Shown here: positions 28,363 to 37,676 of the stretch, one piece after another
How positions within the stretch are numbered: the stretch's first letter is position 1
How the letters are laid out: every line of letters starts with the position of its first letter
NCBI GenBank assembly: GCA_050287085.1
Contig: JBNKBE010000003.1
Coordinates: 111,350 to 175,349, forward strand
Source: Polyangiaceae bacterium
GTDB taxonomy: Bacteria > Myxococcota_A > Polyangia > Polyangiales > Polyangiaceae
DNA length: 64,000 nucleotides
Reading direction: 5' to 3'
Translations under genes and position numbers: made by a program
The notes under the pieces: generated by a model
Seen by the model: the letters and a program-made list of their open reading frames with translations, nothing else
Database searches by the model: none
Told to the model about the DNA's origin: nothing

Positions 28363-29346
28363 TCAACCCTTTCCCACTGCCTCCAGAATCGCGCTGACGA
28401 TATCGGCGTGCGAGACCCCTTCCGCTTCCGCTCGATAGCCCAACACGACGCGGTGTCGAAGCGCGGCCAGAGCCAATGCTCTTACGTCGTCCAATTCCGC
28501 CACCGGCTGCCCCCGCAGAGCCGCCCTCGATTTGGCGGCCAGGACCAAGGCCTGACTCCCTCGCGGCCCGGCCCCGAAGCGGACGTATTGCTTGACCACA
28601 TCTGGAACCCCTCCCAGCTGCGGCCGAGTGGCTCTCACCAAGCGAACAGCGAGCGCGCTCGCTTCCTCCACGATCGGGATTCGGGGAATGAACTCTCCAA
28701 GTCTGAGTACATCCTCTAGCTCAACCACTCTCTGAATCTCGGGGGCCGGTCCCGACGTCGTCCTGCGGGCGATCTCCAGCTCTTCGGCCTCGCTCGGATA
28801 GTTGACGACGATCTCGAGCAAGAAGCGATCTAGCTGCGCCTCCGGTAGAGCGTAGGTCCCCTCCTGCTCGATCGGATTGCGCGTGGCAAAGACCTGAAAA
28901 GGCTGCGGCAAGGGGTGTGTGGTGCCCCCCACCGTGACGCAGCGTTCCTGCATGGCTTGAAGCAGCGCAGCCTGCGTCTTGGGCGGCGTACGGTTGATCT
29001 CGTCGGCCAGGACCAAGTTCTTGAAGATCGGCCCCGGCAAGAATTTGAGCTGACGCCGACCTTCGCCCGCGTCCGAAAGCGCATCTGCTCCGGTGATGTC
29101 AGCGGGCAGCAAGTCGGGGGTGAACTGCACCCGACCGAAGGAAAGGTGCAAGGCATCCGCCACCGACGACACGAGCAGTGTCTTGGCCAGGCCAGGGACG
29201 CCCACCAAGAGCGCGTGCCCACGCGCTAACAGCACTACAAGCATCTGCTCGAGTACGTCTTCTTGCCCGACCACAACTTGACCCACTGCTGTCCGCAAAC
29301 GGGTGGCGGTGTCTCGGCAGCGTTCCAGCAGTTCGAGGTCGGACAT
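28363..29346 (-). CDS. moxR: MoxR family AAA+ ATPase
   Basis: GVPGLAKT (Walker A), RVQFTPDLLPADITG, LADEINRTPPKTQAALL, NPIEQEGTYALPEAQLDRF. Confidence 0.93.
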   Translation of the reverse strand: MSDLELLERCRDTATRLRTAVGQVVVGQEDVLEQMLVVLLARGHALLVGVPGLAKTLLVSSVADALHLSFGRVQFTPDLLPADITGADALSDAGEGRRQLKFLPGPIFKNLVLADEINRTPPKTQAALLQAMQERCVTVGGTTHPLPQPFQVFATRNPIEQEGTYALPEAQLDRFLLEIVVNYPSEAEELEIARRTTSGPAPEIQRVVELEDVLRLGEFIPRIPIVEEASALAVRLVRATRPQLGGVPDVVKQYVRFGAGPRGSQALVLAAKSRAALRGQPVAELDDVRALALAALRHRVVLGYRAEAEGVSHADIVSAILEAVGKG

Positions 29347-29582
29347 GAACACCGGTCATAAACGCCCTCTCGGCTGGACGCCACTCCCAGCACGCCGAGG
29401 GCCGCGAACTATCCGGCCCCAAGCCGAACTGCAGGTCGGAGCCCTCGCTCAAGAGCTCCAACCCGCGATGCCGAAGGTCTCAGCAGGGGGAGCGCCCATC
29501 GATTTCTCTGGACGCCCACGAGACGCGAATAGAGTATCCGGTGCTCGTTCGTACCCGGCGGACGCGCCCCGTCTTGTTGCCT

Positions 29583-30548
29583 ATGAAGTTTGAACTGCGC
29601 CGAGTCATGCTGGCCATGCTCGCCGGTGTCGTTCTGTACGGGCTATTCGTCGCCTACACGGGTTTCTCCGAAATCACGGATAGTCTGCGACGCTTTGCCC
29701 CCGAGTACTTCGCGGCGGCCGTCCTGCTCGCCAGCGCCAACTATGCCCTGCGGATCGTGCGTTGGAACTACTATCTGCGTGTCCTGGGCATTGGGGGCAT
29801 ATCGCGACTGGACCGAGCGCTGCATTTCCTAAGCGGCTTCGTGCTGACGGTCACCCCTGGCAAGCTGGGTGAAGTATTCAAGAGCGCTGTCATGGCCGAA
29901 ACCCACGGGATCCCCCCGGAGCATAGCGCGCCCATCGTCATCGCGGAGCGCCTGGCAGACGTCATCAGCATCGTCTTGCTCCTGCTATTTGGGGCCGGCA
30001 CCTTTCCGGGAGGACTTCCCTGGGCGTTTGCGGGCGGCGGCGCGGTCGCTTTCGGCATGCTGTTGATCCTCTGGGAGCGCCCGGGCCGAATCGTCTTGGG
30101 CTACCTGGAGGGGACCTGGATGCGACGTATCGTTCCCCGCATCAACACGGCCTGGGCACACCTGCGCCACCTCGCAGGGCCGCGCCTGCTGCTGGTCCCA
30201 ACGGTCTTGGGACTCATCGGATGGGCCCTCGAGGGCACGGGTCTGATGCTGCTCATCTGGGGTTTCGGCGAGAGCATGACCTGGTCTACAGCGGCTTTCT
30301 TCTACGCCACAGCCACCCTTGCCGGAGCGCTGGTTCCCGTACCTGGCGGTCTCGGTGTCACCGAAACCTTAATGCAGCAGCAGCTAGTCCAACTCGGCGC
30401 CATCGAGCTGGGCAACGCGACCGCTGCCATGCTGCTACTGAGACTGGCAACCTTGTGGTGGGCCGTGCTTGTGGGGTTTGCAGCCTTGGGCATTCTAAAA
30501 CGCCGCTACCCACAGCTCTTGTCCAAAGCGGCGCCTGCGCGCCCCTAA
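29583..30548 (+). CDS. Flippase-like membrane protein (lysylphosphatidylglycerol synthase TM / UPF0104 family)
   Basis: Multi-TM; LRIVRW, TPGKLGE, ERLAD, PGGLGVTE. Confidence 0.85.
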   Translation: MKFELRRVMLAMLAGVVLYGLFVAYTGFSEITDSLRRFAPEYFAAAVLLASANYALRIVRWNYYLRVLGIGGISRLDRALHFLSGFVLTVTPGKLGEVFKSAVMAETHGIPPEHSAPIVIAERLADVISIVLLLLFGAGTFPGGLPWAFAGGGAVAFGMLLILWERPGRIVLGYLEGTWMRRIVPRINTAWAHLRHLAGPRLLLVPTVLGLIGWALEGTGLMLLIWGFGESMTWSTAAFFYATATLAGALVPVPGGLGVTETLMQQQLVQLGAIELGNATAAMLLLRLATLWWAVLVGFAALGILKRRYPQLLSKAAPARP

Positions 30549-30571
30549 GGGCCCCCAGTTGCCCCCGACCC

Positions 30572-31534
30572 TCATCGCAGCAATGCGCCGCTTGCTTCGG
30601 CCTGCCGCAGGGCGGCGAGGGTGTCGCTCATGTCGCTTGGTAGCGGCGAGACAAAAGCATGCGAACGCCCAGTGATCGGATGTTGGAAGCCCAATTCGGC
30701 GGCGTGCAGTGCCTGACGTTCCAGAACAATAAAAGCGCTCAATGAGGATGAGGGCTTGTAGCCGTACAGGACATCACCTAGCAGTGGCGTACCGCATTGC
30801 TCCGCTAGGTGAACGCGAATTTGATGGGTCCTGCCCGTTTCGAGCTTGCAGCGAACGAGAGCTGAGTGAGCTCCGAATGACTCGATGAGCGTCACATGCG
30901 TCACAGCTCGCTTGCCGGAGCTACCGCGAGACGTGAACCGAAGACGATCGACCGGATGGCGCCCGTGCCAGGTTTCGATCCGTGCCGTGGATGGTACACC
31001 GGACGTCAACGCGAGATAGCTGCGCTGAACCTGGCGGGACGAGAACTGCTCTTTGAGACCCTCACGAGCGGGAGCCGACTTGGCAACGACCAGCAATCCA
31101 CTCGTGTCCTTGTCGATTCGGTGCACAAGACCCGGTCGCAACGCCCCAGCTGGGTCCAGCGGATCAATGGTGCGTTCGAACGTAGGCAGCGCCAAGAGCC
31201 CGTTGATCAGCGTGCCAGACCAATGGCCCTTGGCCGGATGCACGACGAGGCCCGCGGGCTTGTCCACCACGATCAGGTGTTCGTCCTCGAATACACAGCT
31301 CACGTGCACCGTCGGATCGGGTACAGCTTCACTCGGCAGTGGGGGCGCTGGGTCGTATTCCACGACTTGCCCACTTCGCACCAACGTCTTGGGCTGGCAC
31401 CCGCCGCCATCCACGAGCACACGCTTGCCTTCGATCCAGCGTTGTACCTCCGCGCGGGTTCCGACCCGGCTTGCGGCCAGAAACTTGTCAACGCGAAGCG
31501 CCTTCGTCCCGACCGGCACTACGAGCCGCGGCAT
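30572..31534 (-). CDS. rluD: RluA/RluD family pseudouridine synthase
   Basis: S4-like N-terminus, VDKPAGLVVHP, VHRIDKDTSGLL, LETGRTHQIRVH, RQALHA. Confidence 0.9.
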   Translation of the reverse strand: MPRLVVPVGTKALRVDKFLAASRVGTRAEVQRWIEGKRVLVDGGGCQPKTLVRSGQVVEYDPAPPLPSEAVPDPTVHVSCVFEDEHLIVVDKPAGLVVHPAKGHWSGTLINGLLALPTFERTIDPLDPAGALRPGLVHRIDKDTSGLLVVAKSAPAREGLKEQFSSRQVQRSYLALTSGVPSTARIETWHGRHPVDRLRFTSRGSSGKRAVTHVTLIESFGAHSALVRCKLETGRTHQIRVHLAEQCGTPLLGDVLYGYKPSSSLSAFIVLERQALHAAELGFQHPITGRSHAFVSPLPSDMSDTLAALRQAEASGALLR

Positions 31535-31571
31535 CTAGGGGAGCTCCGGACGCCAGATGCTGCTTAACGAA

Positions 31572-31835
31572 TCACCACATCGGGCTTCGTACATGAGCCT
31601 TGGAGCGTACGAGGATGTCGACCAGCGCGCGATCGTAGAGGTTCTTATCGTAGAGGGCCGAACTAACACGGCTCTTATACAACGCGCGTCCCTCCTCTAT
31701 TTCCTCACTGAGCTCATCGAATAGGGAGTCACCCTCGATACCACGAACAATCTTTTCCTCGTTGTAGAGTGAAAGGTCACTTGCGATCGCCCGTGCGAGA
31801 CGACGAGCGGCTTCTTCGGTTTCGATGAGCGGCAT
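31572..31835 (-). CDS. romX: RomX-like small polarity protein (partner of RomR in the MglA GEF)
   Basis: 87 aa; RLARAIASDLSLYNE.KI..GIE.D.LF..L.EE.EEGR.LYKSRVS...RSKAHV.S..W matches my recollection of Myxococcus RomX, which I also recall lying next to a pseudouridine synthase gene. Not verified by search. Confidence 0.7.
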   Translation of the reverse strand: MPLIETEEAARRLARAIASDLSLYNEEKIVRGIEGDSLFDELSEEIEEGRALYKSRVSSALYDKNLYDRALVDILVRSKAHVRSPMW

Positions 31836-31936
31836 AGCGAGTTGTTGGCAGTATTGCCCCCAGGTCGGCTGCTGTCAAAAAAGCCGTGCGGCCAATGCGA
31901 CGGGCTCGAAAGCGGGGACCGCCGGACGCCTCCCCC

Positions 31937-32566
31937 TCACAGTGGAAACTTGGGTAGGACGCCGGACGCAAGGAGGTCAACGACAAGCTCGGCCTGGGGC
32001 AATCCGATAACGTTGCTGGCCGATCCGTGGAGGGAGGTCACCAGGAAGGCACCGAGCCCCTGAAGCGCGTAGGCACCCGCCTTGTCCAGCCCCTCGCCGG
32101 AAGCCGCGTAGGCGCCGAGCTCAGCCGGTGACGCCGGGCGCATGGTCACTTCTGTCACCACTGTGCGCTCCCCCCCCACACCCCTCTCGGGACGACCGAA
32201 GGCGTAGCGTGTCATGACCTGATGGCTCCGCCCTGCGATGCGTTGCAGATGCTCAGTCGCCTCCGCCACCCCCCGCGGCTTGCCCAGAATTTGCCCGTCG
32301 ACCACAACGATAGTGTCCGCCACCAGGGTGACCGGAGCCGTCATGGCCTCTGGCAATGCAAGAGCTGCTCGGAGCTTGTCCGCGACGACCCGCTCTAGGA
32401 AGGTCTGCGGTGTATCGTCGCTCCGCATGGCCTCGACGACCGAAGGAACCCGTACGACAAAGGGCAACTCCAACTGAGCCAGCAAGTCCGCCCGACGGGG
32501 CGACCCTGACGCGAGGAGCAAGGGCGACTCGCGATCGATTCGATATTGGACAGGGAACGGCAACAT
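31937..32566 (-). CDS. maf: Maf family nucleotide pyrophosphatase
   Basis: LLASGSPRRADLL, ADTIVVVDGQILGKP, DKAGAY, NVIGLP. Start set at ATG 32566. Confidence 0.9.
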   Translation of the reverse strand: MLPFPVQYRIDRESPLLLASGSPRRADLLAQLELPFVVRVPSVVEAMRSDDTPQTFLERVVADKLRAALALPEAMTAPVTLVADTIVVVDGQILGKPRGVAEATEHLQRIAGRSHQVMTRYAFGRPERGVGGERTVVTEVTMRPASPAELGAYAASGEGLDKAGAYALQGLGAFLVTSLHGSASNVIGLPQAELVVDLLASGVLPKFPL

Positions 32567-32570
32567 GACG

Positions 32571-33203
32571 CTAAAATACGCGTGCAATGACGTAAATGCG
32601 ATCGCCTGCCTGCAACGGCACATCCGCCACCAGGCCCGCGCTGATCGCCTCCAGATCGAGATCTGCGGAGCGGGTGCTTCCGTCGGCCAGCGTTCGCGTA
32701 AGACGAACGCGGCTGACATTGGCGATCGCGTTGACTCCGCCGGCCTGGGAGACAGCCTGAACGAGCGTCATGCCCTCCACGAAGGGAAAACTCGCGGGGG
32801 CTTTGACCTCTCCGCTCACCACGATGCGCTTACTTCGGTAGAGTTTCACGCGAACCATGACCTGCGGATCGTCCCAGATCCCCCCTCGGGTCAGAGCGTC
32901 ATGATACCGGACTGCCACCTGGTGCGGCTCCAACCCTTCCACGACCAGTGGCTGCACATAGGGCAGAGCTAAGCTGCCGTCAGCCTGCACCTCGTACTCG
33001 ATCGGCAGATCCTTCTCGCCAACAATCTCGACGGTCAGAAGATCCCCGGGGCCGACCGCCGTGCTCTCGATCGGCGCGGGCAGGGCGAGCCGCGACGTCG
33101 GCTGCTGCGCGGCACACCCGAGCCCCCCGCCGCCAAACATCACCAGGACCATGCCCATTCGGCGACGAAACCGGGTCGCTAGTGAGCCGCTCAGTTGAAC
33201 CAC
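32571..33203 (-). CDS. Short OPX (Wza-like) polysaccharide export lipoprotein
   Basis: Lipobox LGC; Poly_export 'GPGDLLTV...DGSLALPYV'; one SLBB 'VSGEVKAP...GMTLVQAVSQAGG'. Ends at LQAGDRIYV with no C-terminal membrane-spanning helix. Confidence 0.88.
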   Translation of the reverse strand: MVQLSGSLATRFRRRMGMVLVMFGGGGLGCAAQQPTSRLALPAPIESTAVGPGDLLTVEIVGEKDLPIEYEVQADGSLALPYVQPLVVEGLEPHQVAVRYHDALTRGGIWDDPQVMVRVKLYRSKRIVVSGEVKAPASFPFVEGMTLVQAVSQAGGVNAIANVSRVRLTRTLADGSTRSADLDLEAISAGLVADVPLQAGDRIYVIARVF

Positions 33204-34597
33204 CGCACCCCTACGAGGGAAGTCACCCGGGAAAAGCGAAGGTTGTCGCGTCGGGTCGGGCGACGCCCCAGGGTGAGCCGATTGTCGTTCAAGCTCGCTG
33301 AGTAGTCGACGCCAGCCGTCAGAGAAAGCGTCTTGAGGAGTCGATACTCGCCGCGAAGCGACACATCCGGGCGCAACTCATCCACCCCACTACCATCCGG
33401 GGTCATAGGGGCACCTTGCGCATTGCGCGGGGGTGGGTGTTTCACGAAGCTCAAGCCTCCGCCCGCCGTTACTGAAGCAACACCCGCAATAAAATAGGCC
33501 ACCTCGGCGTAGGGCCGGAACAGGTCGTAGTAGTTGCCGAGCCCGCTCACCTGCACGTCTCGGAGCGCGCCAACGCGGATCGTCGACAGGCCGACGAGGT
33601 TGCGTCCACCCTCGTTCTTATCCGGTGCGCCGCCGAGGTACCAAGTGGCCTCCGCGCGCCCCACCGCGCCTTCAAAGTCGTCGCGGGAACCATTGGGCCG
33701 TGACTCGTAGAACATGCCCTTCCACCCCCCCAGGACGAGCAGACCGAAGCGCTCCGTGATCAGGCCGTTGATGCCCAGCTGACTGGAAACGGGCTTCGAC
33801 CCCACCTGACGCGTGCCCGGCTGGAGGTATTCGTTGAAGCCAAGCTCGCCCTGATACAGCAGACTCGTACGCGGCAAGAAGCGAAAGCGTCCCTGCATTT
33901 GCAGGCTGTGCGAAAGACGATTGAGCCCGAACTGCGGCGAATCGAACACGGTCAGTTGTGCTGAATAGCCCAGCCCCCACTCCAAGATGCCCCCTCCCGG
34001 CCGCCACTTGAGCATCAGCGCCCCTTCGGAGACCGTACGATTGAGAGGCGCGTATTCGGGTAGATTGTTGGGCTGGGCGATCCGCGCAACGTCACCGCTC
34101 AGCGTCGCTCCCCACGGACGCGCGGGGAGGATATCAACCACAAGCGCACCCTCTGCGCCCAGGAAAGAGCGCTGCGAAACGCGATCGCTATAACGATCGT
34201 CCAGCGCCACGAGCTGATTGAATTGACCCAGCGCCCGGCCCTCGACCAGGACCTTGGGGGGCAGTGGTTGTTCCGTTGGGTCCGCCCGACGGCTAAGATT
34301 GTTGAATCTGATAGCCGGGGTGAGCTGAAAGCGAAGCGTCGGGACGATCGGCTCGCTCACGCCCCACTCGGGTTCGTCTCCCGAGGCGCGGAAGAAGTTC
34401 GAGTCGTACCCGCCTTCCGCGCTAACGCCTCCGTGCAGTTGCAGCGCCCCCATCTGAAAGCCGTTGCCCTCGCCATACCGACGATCCTGCAGCCAGGGTC
34501 CCCCTTGCTGGGCCATCGCAGCGTGGGAGAAGAACACCGCCGCCAACGCCAGCAGCGCGGACAGAAAGCGGTTGGATGAACGTATCGCTTGGGTCAT
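33191..34597 (-). CDS. Outer-membrane beta-barrel protein, probable OPX partner
   Basis: Signal peptide (AAMA-Q), early GYDSN motif, alternating amphipathic strands and C-terminal ...GVRWFN. Overlaps the OPX gene. Confidence 0.78.
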   Translation of the reverse strand: MTQAIRSSNRFLSALLALAAVFFSHAAMAQQGGPWLQDRRYGEGNGFQMGALQLHGGVSAEGGYDSNFFRASGDEPEWGVSEPIVPTLRFQLTPAIRFNNLSRRADPTEQPLPPKVLVEGRALGQFNQLVALDDRYSDRVSQRSFLGAEGALVVDILPARPWGATLSGDVARIAQPNNLPEYAPLNRTVSEGALMLKWRPGGGILEWGLGYSAQLTVFDSPQFGLNRLSHSLQMQGRFRFLPRTSLLYQGELGFNEYLQPGTRQVGSKPVSSQLGINGLITERFGLLVLGGWKGMFYESRPNGSRDDFEGAVGRAEATWYLGGAPDKNEGGRNLVGLSTIRVGALRDVQVSGLGNYYDLFRPYAEVAYFIAGVASVTAGGGLSFVKHPPPRNAQGAPMTPDGSGVDELRPDVSLRGEYRLLKTLSLTAGVDYSASLNDNRLTLGRRPTRRDNLRFSRVTSLVGVRWFN

Positions 34598-34645
34598 CAG
34601 CCTGGGCGCTCGCCCGACGCGCTTGCCGCGCGTCCAAGTTCGCGA

Positions 34646-35395
34646 TCAGTCCACGGCGCTGTTGACCGATGGTGTCACGAGAACCACCGGCGCCAAGTTA
34701 ACGACGTCGGATTGCACGTCGGGCAGTATGTTGTCGATCGACACGGCAAGCTCGCCATCTTCACCGTCCGATGTGAGCGATGTTTCTTCACCCAGGCACT
34801 GCCCCGCCTCATCCCCCAATGCCGCCACTCGATCCGATAGTACCATCACCAAGCTGTAGTGGTGACGCGCGGCCTGGACCGCGCCCGCAGCGTTGGCTTC
34901 CAGCACGCGGTCACGCCGTTCAGCAATCGACGACTGCGCCGCCTCCACTTCGCTGCGCTTGTCATCCAAGCAAAGAGCCCTAACCACATCACCCGCATCG
35001 CGCGCGTCTCTGAGTTGGGACTTGATTCGCTCCCCGATCGCGGTCGCGCGCGCCAAAGCTTCGTCCACACCACTGGACAACTCCGCAACAGAAAGGGCCC
35101 GCCCGCTCGCTGCCACGGGACTCGGCATCGCGTCACCGGCAGAAGACGTCGGCACCGCCGCTGGCTCCTCCTGGTCACTGGCGGCTTCAGCGTTTGCCTG
35201 CGGGGGCGAACCCGCTTGCGCCAGTGCCACGGACGCCTGACAGGGAACACCCAGCGAAAGGCCCAACACTAATAAGCCCCCCAATGAGTGAGGCCTCCGC
35301 CCGACATTGTGGCGTCGCTCGGCTCGCGGGTCCCCACTCTTGAGGCCTTCAGCCGTGACCTTTGCGCTCACGCGCCACCTTCTCCCATCTGCCAT
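34646..35395 (-). CDS. Hypothetical secreted helical protein with a Cys pair
   Basis: Hydrophobic signal-like stretch, then a coiled-coil-like core with 'ALCLDDK' and 'GQCLGEE'. True start may be downstream of 35395. Confidence 0.7.
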   Translation of the reverse strand: MADGRRWRVSAKVTAEGLKSGDPRAERRHNVGRRPHSLGGLLVLGLSLGVPCQASVALAQAGSPPQANAEAASDQEEPAAVPTSSAGDAMPSPVAASGRALSVAELSSGVDEALARATAIGERIKSQLRDARDAGDVVRALCLDDKRSEVEAAQSSIAERRDRVLEANAAGAVQAARHHYSLVMVLSDRVAALGDEAGQCLGEETSLTSDGEDGELAVSIDNILPDVQSDVVNLAPVVLVTPSVNSAVD

Positions 35396-35403
35396 GAGTC
35401 TAA

Positions 35404-35432
35404 AACATACTTGAGAGGTAACAGGGTGTCTA
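35404..35432 (-). promoter_or_regulatory. Candidate sigma70-type promoter TAGACA-N17-TATGTT upstream of the secreted protein/beta-barrel/OPX genes
   Basis: Read directly on the minus strand, in an AT-rich patch of the 175-bp gap. Confidence 0.5.
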
Positions 35433-35570
35433 AGAGATAAGTGCTGTATGTGGCAGCAAAATCCGTCGAACTCTAGGCCTTGCCCCCGCCCGACGCCACC
35501 GCGGCCCCTGGAAACGCCACCCCATTGGGCCGATCTTGCGGATTGCCCTTGAGCCTATCCAAAGCGAAAC

Positions 35571-36995
35571 TCATTGGGCCACAAAAGCGATCGGGACCGT
35601 GACTACGGCGGTGCCGCCATCCGGGGGCGGAAAGCGCAAGCTCTGCGCACGACGCTTGATGCACCCAACAACGCTGGGCGAGAAGTTGCCCGCGACGTTG
35701 GACGCCACGCTCACTACCTCACCCCCTGCCCCCACCTGGAGTCGCAAGGTTATCTTGCCACCGCTATCTGGATTGTTCGCAAGCCCGCTATTGTAGCAAG
35801 CGCGGAAACCGGCGCTGGCCCGCGCTACGACGCGACCGGCTCCCTGGACGTTGCCCGCGACCTGAGCCCCACCAACGCTCGCTTTGCCCTGGGGCCCAGC
35901 GACCTTGGCCACCGCGCCGCTGCCGGATTCCGTCGTCTTGCCCGTGGTTCCAAGGGCCTTCAGTCCTGGCCCTGCGGCTCCCTGCTCAATCGCTCCGCCC
36001 GCGCTACCTACCTTGAGACCACCCGGCCCCCCCGAGGACACACCCACTCCGGACGCCGCAGCCTGATCGATGCGATCAGTAGAAACCGTATCCATTGTAT
36101 CCAACACGTCGGCGGTGGCGGCCTTGCCGGTGTTCGACGCCAAGATGCCCATATCGAGGGAATCAAGTTCGCTTGCCAGCGCGGCGACCTCGGCAGTTGT
36201 CATTTTCTGCGTCGCCTGCTCCGGCGACTTCTGCGGCTTGGGTTTGGGGGTATTGCGCTTCGCGGGCTGCTTTTCGACTTTCGGCTTCTGGTCCTCCGCC
36301 TTCTTTTCGTCGGCCACGTCGGGTTGTTTCTCCTCGACCGGCGGCGGAGGCGGAAGACTCTTGATGCTCTCGACCAGCGCCTGCGCGTCGATGTTTGCGT
36401 CGACGATAGGGTCCATCCAGTCGGAGTAGATTAGCCCCAGCGCGAGGAAGTGTACGAGCGCCGAAAAGGCCGCAATCGTAGTTGTGCGCCAATCCACCCA
36501 CGAGCCCCCTCGCGTGACGGAAACCGGCAGCTGAGGACGAGGTGGGATCGGGGGCGGAGCGACAAACTGGAACAAGAATGCCGTCTCGCCAATGACCACC
36601 TTGCCGCGCGCGTCTTCGTCGAGCCGCAGGGGTAGCACGCGGGCGCCACCTGCCTCTTCGTACGCCTGGGCGATGTCCGTCGCCCCCCCCGGCGTCTTGA
36701 TGCGACCGCTGAGATGGCGGTCGATATTGAGCACGTAGCCATCGCGGGCGCGCTGGAAAAGCGTGTAGCTCGCCGGAACGGAGTCGTGCGCGATAACAAA
36801 GAGGTTCTTCTCGTTCGAACCGACCGTGACGTCACGGCGTTCTTTGATTATCCGCTCTTCAACGACCCGTCCGCCCCTCACCACGCCGATGCGAAGCACG
36901 CGGGGGCCAGCGGGCTGCGCGGCCGCCCGCATGACGGCGGTCATATGCCCTGGTCGCTCTGAGGGGTGCTCTCCTCGATTGGTCTGTTCCACCAT
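35571..36995 (-). CDS. GltG-like inner-membrane protein (FHA-like N-terminus, TM helix, Pro/Lys and Gly-rich linker, AgmX/PglI TonB-C-like domain)
   Basis: VLRIGVVRGGRVVEERII...VTVGS; TM with SALVH (TonB-like SxxxH); C-terminal FRACYN.GL..NP...G.I.L...C....FP.P.GG..V.VP..F. Confidence 0.85.
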   Translation of the reverse strand: MVEQTNRGEHPSERPGHMTAVMRAAAQPAGPRVLRIGVVRGGRVVEERIIKERRDVTVGSNEKNLFVIAHDSVPASYTLFQRARDGYVLNIDRHLSGRIKTPGGATDIAQAYEEAGGARVLPLRLDEDARGKVVIGETAFLFQFVAPPPIPPRPQLPVSVTRGGSWVDWRTTTIAAFSALVHFLALGLIYSDWMDPIVDANIDAQALVESIKSLPPPPPVEEKQPDVADEKKAEDQKPKVEKQPAKRNTPKPKPQKSPEQATQKMTTAEVAALASELDSLDMGILASNTGKAATADVLDTMDTVSTDRIDQAAASGVGVSSGGPGGLKVGSAGGAIEQGAAGPGLKALGTTGKTTESGSGAVAKVAGPQGKASVGGAQVAGNVQGAGRVVARASAGFRACYNSGLANNPDSGGKITLRLQVGAGGEVVSVASNVAGNFSPSVVGCIKRRAQSLRFPPPDGGTAVVTVPIAFVAQ

Positions 36996-37139
36996 AGACG
37001 TTTGGTCGGGCTCCCATTTCCCGCGACGGCATACCCTAGCCGGACCTGCGAGCTGTCGCTATGGGCATTGTCGTTTCTACGCGTGTTGTCTCAATGCGGT
37101 CTGGGGGGATCTGGATTGCTTTGCTTGAAACGGGGGCGC

Positions 37140-37670
37140 TCAGCGCGGGCCACGGCTACGGCGATGCAGGCTCGGCACGCAACGCGCCGAGCGCACGTTG
37201 CTGCTTTCCGGTGTATCCCTATCCGACAACGACGCAAGCTCACGAACAATAAAGCGTTGCCAAACCTTGTGCCGGGCCGAAGCGCCACCTCCGACCCGTC
37301 GGCCGAAGGCAACAGAAAAGGCCGTGCAGATCAATGCCAACGCGCCGGCCAACAGCCAGTGCTGCGCGAACACGAAGCGGCCCACCCACAGGACAAGCAC
37401 GGACCAGGCAGCGCCACAACGCACCGCGTAGCGCGCGACCAACCCCGCCTCCGACGCGGTCCGCTCCACCAGGTGACGGAGGTCCACGAGCGATTCGACG
37501 CGCTCAGCAAAGCTGAGTGCGGCTCCAGCCTCCACCCCAGCGCGCAGCATCGGCCCCGGCTTTTCGGGCTCACCCAGCCGCCTCAATCGCAGCTCAGCCC
37601 GGGCCAGAAAGAGCAGTGGCCCCACACACCCTAGAACCAGGAGCACGATGGCTAGAAGCGCCACCACCAC
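37140..37670 (-). CDS. Hypothetical membrane protein (one N-terminal and two C-terminal hydrophobic segments)
   Basis: Starts 6 nt after the GltF-like stop; three hydrophobic stretches. Confidence 0.55.
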   Translation of the reverse strand: MVVALLAIVLLVLGCVGPLLFLARAELRLRRLGEPEKPGPMLRAGVEAGAALSFAERVESLVDLRHLVERTASEAGLVARYAVRCGAAWSVLVLWVGRFVFAQHWLLAGALALICTAFSVAFGRRVGGGASARHKVWQRFIVRELASLSDRDTPESSNVRSARCVPSLHRRSRGPR

Positions 37671-37676
37671 CCGAGG

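Noticed and set aside
37258..37275. Possible sigma54 promoter upstream of the GltG-like gene (minus strand CGGCAC...TTTGGC)
   Set aside because: The GG-to-GC spacing is off by one from the required -24/-12 geometry, and the site lies inside an ORF.
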